A DNA stretch of 64,000 bases from Candidatus Latescibacterota bacterium (GTDB lineage Bacteria; Latescibacterota; UBA2968; GCA-2709665): NCBI GenBank assembly GCA_965116875.1, contig OZ220733.1:480001-544000 (forward strand), written 5' to 3'. Below the pieces are notes generated by a model. That model ran no database searches. It was given only the letters and a program-made list of their open reading frames with translations, and was not told where the DNA came from. Positions 51,394 to 61,239 of the stretch are shown here, piece by piece (position 1 is the stretch's first letter; every line of letters starts with the position of its first letter). Both the position numbers and the translations under genes were made by a program.

Positions 51394-54264
51394 ATGCCAG
51401 GATTACAAAGTTTGCTATTTGCATTCTCTGCGTTCGTCCTACTCTTTCATTGCGGCATAGTATTTGGATCTCCGCCGATTGAGTACGTCAAGGAACAGCA
51501 TCCGCCGAAACTGGAAGGCGTACTCGCCCGAATTCAGAAGAACTGGTCGGCGCAGAAACGGGCGCTGGCCGAGGCGACGGCGAGACAATATAGGGCCGCA
51601 AAAATCGTTGGCGAAAACATCACGGTCGTATTGGAGCCCGGCCCCGGAAAGCTCTCAGAAAGCATCGATTTTACGGCATTGTCCGACCTGGGTGTCAGCG
51701 TTGTCGCCCAATCGCAGCACCTAGTGGAGGTATCCGCACCGATAGCCCGCCTTGAGAGGGTGGCAGAGGTGGATGGCGTGCAATTTGTGAGATTGCCCAT
51801 AGAGCCGAAAACGCAGACCGTTGTGAGTGAGGGCGTGGATCGCATCAGTGCACAGGTCTTTTCAAACAGGGGTTTTACAGGGCGTGGCATTAAGGTAGGG
51901 GTAATTGACATCGGTTTCGCGGGGGTTCCGGAGTTAATGAGTCAAGGCGAATTGCCGCAGAATCTACCCCCCCAAGATTTCACTAACGCAGGGATTTTTG
52001 TTGGCGACGAGGTACATGGATCGGCCTGCGCCGAAATCGTGCACGATATCGCTCCGGATGCTGAAATCTACCTGTATGACGTAAAAAACGATGTCCGCTG
52101 GCAAATCGCGAAAGAAGCAGCGGTCCAGGAGGGCCTCGACATTGTCTCGGTATCTTTGGTCTTCCCAGTAATGGGCTTCGGTGACGGAACGGGCCCTGCC
52201 TGTGAACTTGTAGATGATGCTTTTAAGAAAGGTGTCTTGTGGGTGAATGCGGCGGGAAATTATGCACAATCCCAGATCTTCCAATTGTCAAGTGACCCGG
52301 ATGGCGATGGGTTTCACAACTTCGAAGGCGAAAATGAAATCGTTTACCTGAAGAATGTCCAAGTAGGAGATGAAGTAGAAGCATGGCTGAACTGGAATGA
52401 ATGGCCACTCACGTCTAACGATTACGATCTATTTCTTGTTAAAATCGGGTCGGACGGTGGTATTACCGAAGTTGAACGAGCAAATACAGAGCAATCTCGC
52501 CATCGGTCACCTCCGTTCGAACGGCTTGTCCATACGATTCGGGACGCAGGAAACTATGGATTTGCCATCTGGAGGGCACAGGACTCCAAAGTAACCCAAC
52601 TTAAGCTGATCAGCACAAACCACGACTTCGACGGGCTACTATCCAGTAAAGGGACCGTGAGCATACCCGGGGACGCGGTCGGCGCCCTGACCGTGGGAGC
52701 GTTGCATCATCGGGAATGGAAGACAGCGATCGCTGAGTACAGTTCGCAAGGACCTACGTCTGACGGGCGAATCAAGCCGGATTTGGTTGCTCCTGCTGGT
52801 GTCAGTACCATTAGCTACAGCCCCAAGCCATACTTTGGAACATCGGCGGCGACTCCTCATGTCGCCGGGGCAGCAGCTCTCTTGAAGTCCTCTGATCCCG
52901 TCCACTACAATGCGCAGAATCTATATGACGCACTGTTGAGATCGACGATCGACATGGGAGTTCCGGGCCCCGATAATTTCTATGGACATGGAAGATTGGA
53001 TTTGTCGCTGCTTTCACCCACGGGCAGACCTGTTATCGAACTTTCGCGTAATGTACTTGATTTCGGCGCTATCCTGCTGGGATCATCACAGACGCTGGAT
53101 CTCGGCATAGTCAACACGGGTCCGTCGTCGTTGGTGATTACGGAAATCCTTCTGCCATCCAGTGATTTCGGCCTCTCTAAAAGTTCCTTTCCCGTTGCGC
53201 CGGGACGCGGCGAGAGGATTTCCGTCACGTTTACCCCTCGGAGTGAGGGAGACAGATCCGGTGATATGACGATTTTGAGCAATTTACCGCAAACCAACGT
53301 GGCCCTGCGAGCGCGAGGCGTCCGGCAACCCGTTGTTCCTGTTCCACGGATCGCGATGGATGCGTCCCGACGCGATTTTGGCGGCGTCGAGGTTGGCGAC
53401 TCAAAGTCAATTGTTGTAACGGTCACGAATTCCGGTGACGCCTCGCTGTCCATTACGGATATCACCACCAATGCCAGACGGCTTAGCGTGTCACCCACGC
53501 AATTCTCGATTCCAGCAAAGCAAAACGGGTATTTCACGCTTCGTTTCCAGCCAGACAGAGCGGGTGATCTGTCAGCACGCGTGACCATTTACAGCAATGA
53601 TTCCAAGACGCCGGTTGTCGGCTTCCCCATCGTGGGAAAGGGGCTTCGGTCCCAGGCTACCTCTTTTACGTTATCTCTCGTCGTCGATGCGCCGAAAGAC
53701 CAGGGTGTGTATTCTTTGCCGTCAGACGGTGTCATTTCCATCGAAATCTTAGGCCAACAGGTTAAGGACGCCATAGGATTTCGCGCGTTGTTTGATTCCG
53801 ATACGCCATCCTTCACCTATACGGGTTTCGACATTGGCGACGGCATTCCCAATGGACACTCGCCGGGGCCCTACTATCCCTCCGGTCCCGCTTCCGTTGA
53901 AGTGATGGCGGCATCATTTGGCGGAAGAATCGCTGTGCCGTCCGCAAAACTCGGCACGGTACGTTTTAGCGTAGCCGATACCCTTCAAAGAGGTCAAATG
54001 CGGCTGCGATATGCCCGAATCCGGCGAGCCGGAAAATTCGAAGTATTCACCGATCCTGTCGTATTGAGATTTTCGAAACAGGGCGGCTTGCCAGCAGACT
54101 TCGACGGCGACGGGACCGTCGGGTTCAGCGATTTCTTGCAGTTTGCTGGCGCGTTCGGATCAGGTCGCGGCGATGCGGGATATGACGCGCGGTACGATCT
54201 GGATGGGAATGGCAGCGTCGGGTTCAGCGACTTTGTCATCTTTGCGGGCAGCTTTGGCACGTAG
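51394..54264 (+). CDS. Secreted S8 peptidase with two choice-of-anchor-D/Ig-like domains, a cohesin-like domain and a dockerin-like C-terminus
   Basis: VIDIG, HGSAC, NAAGN, GTSAATP catalytic motifs; LDFG..VNTG and DFG..TNSG repeats; tail ADFDGDGTVGFSDF...YDLDGNGSVGFSDF. Confidence 0.88.
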   Translation: MPGLQSLLFAFSAFVLLFHCGIVFGSPPIEYVKEQHPPKLEGVLARIQKNWSAQKRALAEATARQYRAAKIVGENITVVLEPGPGKLSESIDFTALSDLGVSVVAQSQHLVEVSAPIARLERVAEVDGVQFVRLPIEPKTQTVVSEGVDRISAQVFSNRGFTGRGIKVGVIDIGFAGVPELMSQGELPQNLPPQDFTNAGIFVGDEVHGSACAEIVHDIAPDAEIYLYDVKNDVRWQIAKEAAVQEGLDIVSVSLVFPVMGFGDGTGPACELVDDAFKKGVLWVNAAGNYAQSQIFQLSSDPDGDGFHNFEGENEIVYLKNVQVGDEVEAWLNWNEWPLTSNDYDLFLVKIGSDGGITEVERANTEQSRHRSPPFERLVHTIRDAGNYGFAIWRAQDSKVTQLKLISTNHDFDGLLSSKGTVSIPGDAVGALTVGALHHREWKTAIAEYSSQGPTSDGRIKPDLVAPAGVSTISYSPKPYFGTSAATPHVAGAAALLKSSDPVHYNAQNLYDALLRSTIDMGVPGPDNFYGHGRLDLSLLSPTGRPVIELSRNVLDFGAILLGSSQTLDLGIVNTGPSSLVITEILLPSSDFGLSKSSFPVAPGRGERISVTFTPRSEGDRSGDMTILSNLPQTNVALRARGVRQPVVPVPRIAMDASRRDFGGVEVGDSKSIVVTVTNSGDASLSITDITTNARRLSVSPTQFSIPAKQNGYFTLRFQPDRAGDLSARVTIYSNDSKTPVVGFPIVGKGLRSQATSFTLSLVVDAPKDQGVYSLPSDGVISIEILGQQVKDAIGFRALFDSDTPSFTYTGFDIGDGIPNGHSPGPYYPSGPASVEVMAASFGGRIAVPSAKLGTVRFSVADTLQRGQMRLRYARIRRAGKFEVFTDPVVLRFSKQGGLPADFDGDGTVGFSDFLQFAGAFGSGRGDAGYDARYDLDGNGSVGFSDFVIFAGSFGT

Positions 54265-54574
54265 GACTTGATAGAGTGACCAGCGGGTAGCCTGATCGGA
54301 GGAGGATCCAATGCGTAAACGCATCTCAGCGTCTGCCCAGATTGCTCTGTGCGTTCAATTTCCGTATATTGATTTGACCTACAACGAATGCAGATGGGTT
54401 ATTTTCCCGTCCCGCTGATTGATGGATAAAACGGCTATTGAGAAAGCCCTGTGACCACCACGATTCACACGATTGAAGGTCTCATTCGCATTCGGGGCGA
54501 TGATTCTGAGAGGCCTGATGTGCCGCGTGCTGTGAACTCGCACGCAAGAAGGTAAATCAGAGAAAGGATGCGAC

Positions 54575-54811
54575 GTGAAAAATCAGGAAATTACAATTCG
54601 CGTATCTCCGGAGGCCGCTCGTTTTTATCAGTCCGCATCATCACAGGATCGTCGAAAATTAAATGTCTTGTTAAGTCTGCAATTGAGCGGTTTGAGAAAA
54701 CCGGCACGTCCAATTGAAGACATTATGCGCGAAGCCAGTGAAGAAGCGCGAAAAAATGGATTGACATCTGAAATACTGACAGAACTACGCCACCTCATGA
54801 ATTCCTGCTGA
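54575..54811 (+). CDS. Small antitoxin-like protein, no adjacent toxin
   Basis: ITIRV..EAA..Y..AS...RRKL and GLTSEIL resemble small proteins usually upstream of PIN toxins (recalled); AAAGGA RBS. Confidence 0.55.
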   Translation: MKNQEITIRVSPEAARFYQSASSQDRRKLNVLLSLQLSGLRKPARPIEDIMREASEEARKNGLTSEILTELRHLMNSC

Positions 54812-54831
54812 CGCTTGGTCCCGATGCTTAG

Positions 54832-54915
54832 CAGTCCGTTGATAGAGTCGCTCTGCAGGCCTGCCAGTGAAGTCCTGGCAGGCAGGTAGCCCGGATAGGC
54901 TTTTTCAACGGGCTG
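54832..54915. repeat. MITE-like family 1, full 84-bp copy with perfect TTAG duplication
   Basis: TTAG at 54828-54831 and 54916-54919 flanks the TIRs. Confidence 0.88.
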
Positions 54916-54976
54916 TTAGCGTACGGGTAAGCCGTCGTGCAATTGCCCCCGCGGATTGTCGTCGCCTGAATCCTCC

Positions 54977-56248
54977 ATGGCCCACAGATCAGAAGGACCT
55001 TCTGAAACCCCACCCCGATTTCACGGCGCGCTCGCGCCGCTGAACACCCCCGACTACCGCCGTCTGCTGGCCAGCAACGCCCTCTGGTGGCAGTTCATGT
55101 GGATGGAGATCATCGTCGCCGGCTGGCTGGTCCTGGAACTTACGGACTCGGCCTGGCAGGTATCGCTGATCGGTTTCTACCGCATGGCCCCACTGCTGGT
55201 GGTGGGCTTTGTCTCCGGACCCCTCACCGACCGGTTTGGCCGCCGGAAGATCATCATCTTCTCCCAGGTCGTCAATCTCGTCGTCTCCCTCCTGATCGCC
55301 CTGATTATTCTGGCAGACCGCCTCGCTGTGTGGCATCTGGCTGTCGCCGCTCTGGTCATGGGAACAACCTGGGCCGTGGACTGGACTGCCCGAAGGTCGT
55401 TGCTTCCCGACCTGGTGGGCAGAGCGCGAACCATGGACGCCATGCTCCTCGAGGGAATTTCCCAAAACGTCACCCGGGTTGCCGGACCCTTTTCCAGCGG
55501 CGCACTCTACGCGACCCTTGGACCCCCTGGCTGTTTTCTGATTCTGACCGGTATTGCCCTGGTTTCTCTATTGATCCTCCTCCGGCTCTCCAGACAGCCC
55601 GTTCTCGAAAGAACACCCACTGACGATTCCCACTGGACCCGGACCGTGGAAGGCCTGCGCTATATCCGTCGCAATCCGGCGATTCTGGGCGTTACGCTCA
55701 TTACGGTTGCCATGAACTTCCTGGTCTTTCCCTATCAGGCGCTGCTGCCGGTGTTCGCGAGAGATATCCTGAATCAGGGCCCGGTGGGCTTCGGGGTACT
55801 CGCATCCGCAAACGGTGTCGGCGCATTCGCCGGTCTCTGGATGGTGAGCAGGCTCCGCCGCTACGTTGGAATCAGCTGGCTCTATGCGGGCGGCTCGTTT
55901 CTGATGGCCGCCGCCGTGGCTGCATTCTCCACTTCGACCGATTTCTATCTTTCGCTGGGGCTCCTCACCCTGTCGGGAATCGGCCACGCGGCTTTCGGTC
56001 TCCTCCAGAGCACCATCGTCCTGCTGTTGGCGAGGGACGACATGCGAAGCCGCGCGATGGGCGGCATCGTCCTTGCAATCGGAACCGGACCGCCGGGCCG
56101 ACTGAGTACGGGCGCCGTGGCCGAACGCTTCGGTGCGCCATTCGCCGTCTTTGGCACCTGCGCGATCGCGTCCCTGTTCGTGGTTGCGGTCACGTTCGCC
56201 ATGTCGGGGTTCCGGAACGCTTCGGCCGCACAGGAAGCGGATGCATAA
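54977..56248 (+). CDS. MFS transporter (EntS/MFS_3-like)
   Basis: GPLTDRFGRRK, ARRSLLPDLVG, EGLRYI and MRSRAMG motifs. Confidence 0.9.
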   Translation: MAHRSEGPSETPPRFHGALAPLNTPDYRRLLASNALWWQFMWMEIIVAGWLVLELTDSAWQVSLIGFYRMAPLLVVGFVSGPLTDRFGRRKIIIFSQVVNLVVSLLIALIILADRLAVWHLAVAALVMGTTWAVDWTARRSLLPDLVGRARTMDAMLLEGISQNVTRVAGPFSSGALYATLGPPGCFLILTGIALVSLLILLRLSRQPVLERTPTDDSHWTRTVEGLRYIRRNPAILGVTLITVAMNFLVFPYQALLPVFARDILNQGPVGFGVLASANGVGAFAGLWMVSRLRRYVGISWLYAGGSFLMAAAVAAFSTSTDFYLSLGLLTLSGIGHAAFGLLQSTIVLLLARDDMRSRAMGGIVLAIGTGPPGRLSTGAVAERFGAPFAVFGTCAIASLFVVAVTFAMSGFRNASAAQEADA

Positions 56249-56278
56249 AAAAACCGCTCCGGAAGGGCGGTTTTTTTT
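56247..56278. terminator. Bidirectional intrinsic terminator
   Basis: A7-CCGCTCCGGAAGGGCGG-T8 between convergent genes. Confidence 0.85.
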
Positions 56279-56323
56279 GTATTCATCATATTTTCAGTCT
56301 GTCAGGTACACACGGGCAAGGAA

Positions 56324-57313
56324 TCACAACCCGAGAATCCGCTCTGTCTCATCCTGGAGCGATTCCTCCAGCCGGGGTCCGTACTGCGCCACCACGCGCA
56401 TCGACGCGTAGTTCGCCAGCTTTGCCGATTGTGCCGCGTTGAATCCGTGGGTAATCCCGAACAGATAGGCTCCGGCGAACATATCCCCCGCGCCGTTCGT
56501 GTCGACCGCATCAACGCTGAATCCCGGTGAACGGATCCGTTCGACTCCGTCCCCTACAATGGCGCCATTGGCCTCACACGTGACCGCGTATGCACCCACC
56601 ATCGTCTCCAGTGCAACGCAAGCCTCGTTCGTGTCGCCCGTTTCGGTAAACGCCCGCGCTTCGTCCTCGTTACAAAACAACAGATCCACCCCGCGGGTTA
56701 CGAGCGTGTGCATCCGGTCCCCGAACGCGGCCACAATCGAGGGGTCGCTCAGCGACAACGACACCCGGGTTCCCCCCGCGTGCGCCTCGGCCTGGGCAGC
56801 CACCGCCGCGTCGAATCCCTCGTCTGAGGCCACCAGATATCCTTCTATGTACAGATAGTCGCTTTCCTTTATCACGTCGGGCTCAAGTTGCTCCGGCCCG
56901 AACGATCCGGTTATGCCCAGGTATGTATTCATCGTGCGATCGGCGTCGTCCGTGATCATTACCAGACACTTCCCTGTAATGCCCGTGCCCTGAAACCGGT
57001 TCGAAGCCACCCCGGCCGCCGCCAGGTCCTGGAGATAAAAGTCCCCGTACGCGTCCTTCGCCACCTTGCATGCGTAGTATGCCTTCCCGCCCAGACTCGC
57101 CACGGCGATCATCGAATTCGCAGCGGACCCGCCGGACGAACGTTTCAGGACGTCTTCGCCCAGGTGTTCGAGGAGTTCGTGATGCCGGTCCTCTTCAATC
57201 AATGTCATGACGCCCTTGTCGATTCCGGCCGTGGTGAGAAAGCCGGACGTGACCCGATACTGAATGTCAACCAGCGCATTGCCGATGCCGTACACGTTAA
57301 ACGCCCTGGCCAT
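56324..57313 (-). CDS. Adenosine/inosine kinase (PfkB family)
   Basis: GNALVD, GGSAAN, YIEGY, NEDE and DTNGAGD motifs. Confidence 0.9.
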   Translation of the reverse strand: MARAFNVYGIGNALVDIQYRVTSGFLTTAGIDKGVMTLIEEDRHHELLEHLGEDVLKRSSGGSAANSMIAVASLGGKAYYACKVAKDAYGDFYLQDLAAAGVASNRFQGTGITGKCLVMITDDADRTMNTYLGITGSFGPEQLEPDVIKESDYLYIEGYLVASDEGFDAAVAAQAEAHAGGTRVSLSLSDPSIVAAFGDRMHTLVTRGVDLLFCNEDEARAFTETGDTNEACVALETMVGAYAVTCEANGAIVGDGVERIRSPGFSVDAVDTNGAGDMFAGAYLFGITHGFNAAQSAKLANYASMRVVAQYGPRLEESLQDETERILGL

Positions 57314-57736
57314 ACACGCTCCTTGCAAAATCGGTTGGATTCCGTATCATATTGGCATTCCCGGATGCCGCGGTCACGGCGATCGGCGGCGCGGACAGTC
57401 GTGTTCAGTTGACAACAGCGAGCAGCAACCCGCACCTCGCGTCATCTCCGGAGACAGGCAGAGGCAGGTTTGAAACCTGTCCCTGCAAGCCGACTCATTA
57501 TCTTAACCATAATACAATGCTCAGGAAAAGAAAACCATCTCTTTTGTGGATTATCTGCATTGAGGTCGTCCGGAATCCGCTGCTGCCCGGGAACGAGGAC
57601 GATCTGTGACAGGTTTGTCCTTTGTTGTGTTTTTGTGCCTTCTGTGGTCCCTGTCTTTTCGCGGCGAACCGGAAGAGCGAGACAATAGCCACAAATAAGG
57701 AAAGAAGGCGCAGAAGGACTGGAAGCCAAACGGCGG

Positions 57737-58528
57737 GTGAAGAAACGCCTGCAGAAGGAATCAGATTTGAGTACGGCGATTTCCTGCAACGTTCGGGACC
57801 TGACGATTCTCATCGACGTCGAGGAAGGCGGTAAGAGCGAGGCCTCCAGGAACCACGAACTCTGGCGGGCGAACTCGTTCAATGAGAAAGAACCCGACAC
57901 CCTGGACTGGATCGACACCTGGTTCCGGCCCGGCGAGACGATTTACGACGTCGGCGCAAATATCGGGCAATACTCGCTTTACGCGGCACGCAAACTGGAC
58001 GGGAAGGCACGGATCCTCGCCTTTGAACCGGAAGCTCTCAATCACGCCAAGTTGAACAAGAACATCCTGCTCAACGGCCTGGAAGAGGTTGTTACGGCCT
58101 ATCCGATCGCCATTTCGGACCGTACGGCCATCCAGCATTTCTACTCCAAAACCTTCGCCCCCGGCGCCGCGCTCCACGCGCTGGGCGAACCCGTAACGCA
58201 GGGCGCCGTTCCCTTCGAGCCGCAGAACCGGCAGGGAACGATGGCCGTGTCACTGGACGACCTCACCGGCCAGTTCGGCCTTCCATTCCCAAACCACGTC
58301 AAGATCGACGTCGACGGCATCGAGGACAGGATTGTCGCCGGCGCGTCGCAAACGCTTGAGGATGAAAGACTCACGACTGTGCTCATCGAGGTCTATATGT
58401 TCGAAAACATGGCCGAAAAGATCGAAACGGCCTTCTTCAAACGGGGTTTCGCCCTGGCCAACGTGATCCCGGTCGACTACTCCGAGGGCATCGTTCAGAA
58501 TCTGATCTTCTGTCGCGACGGAAGGTGA
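57737..58528 (+). CDS. FkbM-family methyltransferase
   Basis: DVGANIG, AFEP and KIDVDG motifs; start uncertain. Confidence 0.88.
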   Translation: MKKRLQKESDLSTAISCNVRDLTILIDVEEGGKSEASRNHELWRANSFNEKEPDTLDWIDTWFRPGETIYDVGANIGQYSLYAARKLDGKARILAFEPEALNHAKLNKNILLNGLEEVVTAYPIAISDRTAIQHFYSKTFAPGAALHALGEPVTQGAVPFEPQNRQGTMAVSLDDLTGQFGLPFPNHVKIDVDGIEDRIVAGASQTLEDERLTTVLIEVYMFENMAEKIETAFFKRGFALANVIPVDYSEGIVQNLIFCRDGR

Positions 58529-58542
58529 TCCGGGAAGACACC

Positions 58543-59817
58543 ATGACCCTACTCGAGAATGACGTGCTGGAACGCCGGCGCAGGCGCGCCGCCGGCGTCT
58601 TTGGCGACGACCCGCCGATCGTACTCTTCAGCGCCGGAAAGCCCGTTCAGATTCCCGGCGGACAGGACCAGACCTATCCGTTCATTCCCTACCCCGAATA
58701 CTACTGGCTCACAGGTTCGAGACGCTGGGGCGGCGTACTCGCGTTCGATCCGCAGGACGGCTGGAGACACTTCGTGCGGCCGATTTCACAGAACGAACGG
58801 TTGTGGGAAGGCGGCGGCGAGGACGTCGAAGGCGAGGACGTTGCCGGACTTCAGGGCTGGCTGGAAAAACGTCCGGGCCGACCCGTCGCGGTCATCGGCG
58901 GCAACTTGGACAATGTCAAAAACGACCATCAGCGTGCGGAGGCGCTTCAGGTATCCATCGATGGAATCCGCCGCCGGAAGGACGCCGCCGAGATCGCATT
59001 GATCGAACGGGCGGCCGCGGCAACAGCAGCCGGCCACGCGAAAGCCCGCGACACCATCCGGCCGGGTGTGAGCGAACGCCGTATCCGCATAGAAATGGAA
59101 GCCGAGATGTTCCGGCACGGCGCCGACGGCGTCGCCTTCGATACGATCGTTGGCGCGGGAACTCACGCGGCCGTACTCCACTTCGAACCCGGCGCCAGAA
59201 CTGTGGAACCCGGCGAGCTGGTCCTCATCGACGCGGGCGCGGCCATCGCAGGCTATGCGGCCGACGTCACCCGCACCTATCCGGCCGGAGACCGTTTCAC
59301 GCAGCGGCAGCAGGCCATCTACGACCTCGTCCTTGCCGCCCAGATGGAAGCCATCTCCACGTGCCGCAAGGACGTTGAATGGCACGAAGTACACCGCGCC
59401 GCGGCCGGCGTTATCGCACAGGGGCTTCGTGACCTGGGCATTCTGAAAGGCAAGCCCGACGACCTCCTCGAGGGCGGCGCCATCTCCCTCTTCCTTCCCC
59501 ACGGCGTCGGCCACATGGTGGGCCTTGGCGTGCGCGACGTGGGCGGGCGGGCGGCCGGGCGTGAAGTCAGCGTCTATTGCGGTATCCGGATGCGTCTGGA
59601 CCTGCCGTTGGAGGAAGACTTCCTGATGACCGTCGAGCCCGGTGTGTATTTCGTTCCGGCGCTGCTCGACGACCCCGAGCGTCGGGAACGCTTTGCCGGA
59701 ATGGTCGACTGGGACGCACTGGAACCCTGGCGGCCGGTGGGGGGCGTCCGGATCGAGGACAACGTGCTCATCACCGCCGCTGAACCCCGCATCCTGACGT
59801 CCGAAATCCCCAAGTAA
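58543..59817 (+). CDS. Xaa-Pro aminopeptidase (M24B)
   Basis: IDAG, ADVTRT, HGVGHMVGL, TVEPG and RIED motifs. Confidence 0.92.
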   Translation: MTLLENDVLERRRRRAAGVFGDDPPIVLFSAGKPVQIPGGQDQTYPFIPYPEYYWLTGSRRWGGVLAFDPQDGWRHFVRPISQNERLWEGGGEDVEGEDVAGLQGWLEKRPGRPVAVIGGNLDNVKNDHQRAEALQVSIDGIRRRKDAAEIALIERAAAATAAGHAKARDTIRPGVSERRIRIEMEAEMFRHGADGVAFDTIVGAGTHAAVLHFEPGARTVEPGELVLIDAGAAIAGYAADVTRTYPAGDRFTQRQQAIYDLVLAAQMEAISTCRKDVEWHEVHRAAAGVIAQGLRDLGILKGKPDDLLEGGAISLFLPHGVGHMVGLGVRDVGGRAAGREVSVYCGIRMRLDLPLEEDFLMTVEPGVYFVPALLDDPERRERFAGMVDWDALEPWRPVGGVRIEDNVLITAAEPRILTSEIPK

Positions 59818-59825
59818 TCCTTTAG

Positions 59826-59844
59826 CAGCCCGTTGAAATAGCCC
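59826..59844. repeat. MITE-like family 1, single terminus abutting the P450 start
   Basis: TTAG-CAGCCCGTTGAAATAGCCC matches the reverse complement of the family 1 right end. Confidence 0.7.
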
Positions 59845-61206
59845 ATGCCCGATCCATCCGCCGAAATGAATCGCGCCCCCGGACCGCGCGGGCTGCCGCT
59901 TCTCGGCTGCGTCCTTCCGTTCCGTAAGGACCCCATCGGGTACCTGTTGGATGCATGGTCCAGGTATGGCGACGTGGTCAGGCTGGACATCAGGGGCAAG
60001 ACGGTGCACCTGGTCGCCCGACCGGAGCACATCGAACACGTGCTCGTGCGCAAGAGGCGCACCTATTTCAAGGGTTATGGATACGACGACCAGAAGCTGC
60101 TGTTGGGAGAGGGTCTGATCACCAGCGAGGGCGAACTCTGGGAGCGGCAGCACCGGATCATGCAGCCCTTCTTCACGCCCAGGGGAACGATGCGGTTCAT
60201 GGGTGTGATGGTGAACGCGATTCGCGACATGCTCGCGCGATGGGAGCCCCTGGCGGATGACAAACGCGTGATCCAGGTCGACGAGGAGATGGCCCGCCTG
60301 ACGGGAAACATCATCGTTCACATCCTGTTCAGCAGGAACCTGAACGACGAGACGTCCCGGATCGACGAGGCGTTTCAGTACTGCGTGGGGTTCATCGACC
60401 GGCGTTCCGCCGATCTGATCGCGCTGCCCATGTCCGTTCCCACCTCCGCGAACCGCCGGTTCAAACAGTGCCTCGGCGAAATCCACAGGTACGTCGACGA
60501 ACGCATCGATGAGCGGCGCGACCGACCCGAAGAGGAGGATCTGCTCTCGGTACTCATGAATGCCCGAGACGAGGAAACGGGTAAGCGGATGGACCGGCGC
60601 CAGCTGCGGGACGAACTGGTCACGCTGTTCGTTGCGGGATACCAGACAACGATGCACGCCCTGACCTGGACGTGGTACCTGCTGGATCGACATCGACACG
60701 CGGAAGAGAGGCTGTGGGAGGAACAGCGTTCGATCCTGAACGGGCGACTGCCCGACCTGGAATCCGTCCACGAACTGAGCTACTCCCGAATGGTGTTCCA
60801 GGAAGCCATGCGCCTCTATCCTCCGATCAAGGTGATCGTCCGGGAGGCCGCGGCGGACGACGAAATCGACGGGTATCGCATCCCCGCCGGATCGCTTGTC
60901 CTGGTGAGTCCCTACATCACCCAGCGTCATCCGGCCCTGTGGAAGCACCCGGAAACATTCGATCCGGAACGGTTCACCCCGGAGCAGACGGAAAGACGCT
61001 CCCGCTACGCCTACCTGCCCTTCAGCGCCGGACCCCGGATCTGCCTGGGCGGAAATTTCGCGATGCTGGAAGCCGTGCTGGTGCTCGCGATGGTTACGGA
61101 GCATTTCCGGCTTCAACTTGTCCCGGGGCATCCCGTCGCGCCTTCGATGGACGTGAAGACGTGGCCGCTTTACGGCATGCCGATGACGGTGCACCGGCGC
61201 GAGTAG
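59845..61206 (+). CDS. Cytochrome P450
   Basis: AGYQTT I-helix, EAMR, PERF and FSAGPRICLG heme motif; start could be 59866. Confidence 0.95.
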   Translation: MPDPSAEMNRAPGPRGLPLLGCVLPFRKDPIGYLLDAWSRYGDVVRLDIRGKTVHLVARPEHIEHVLVRKRRTYFKGYGYDDQKLLLGEGLITSEGELWERQHRIMQPFFTPRGTMRFMGVMVNAIRDMLARWEPLADDKRVIQVDEEMARLTGNIIVHILFSRNLNDETSRIDEAFQYCVGFIDRRSADLIALPMSVPTSANRRFKQCLGEIHRYVDERIDERRDRPEEEDLLSVLMNARDEETGKRMDRRQLRDELVTLFVAGYQTTMHALTWTWYLLDRHRHAEERLWEEQRSILNGRLPDLESVHELSYSRMVFQEAMRLYPPIKVIVREAAADDEIDGYRIPAGSLVLVSPYITQRHPALWKHPETFDPERFTPEQTERRSRYAYLPFSAGPRICLGGNFAMLEAVLVLAMVTEHFRLQLVPGHPVAPSMDVKTWPLYGMPMTVHRRE

Positions 61207-61239
61207 GAATCCTCCCGGCTTGACTTCCGCGACGGTACA

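Noticed and set aside
58786-61194. 802-aa minus-strand ORF
   Set aside because: Antisense to the aminopeptidase and P450 genes, with no motifs
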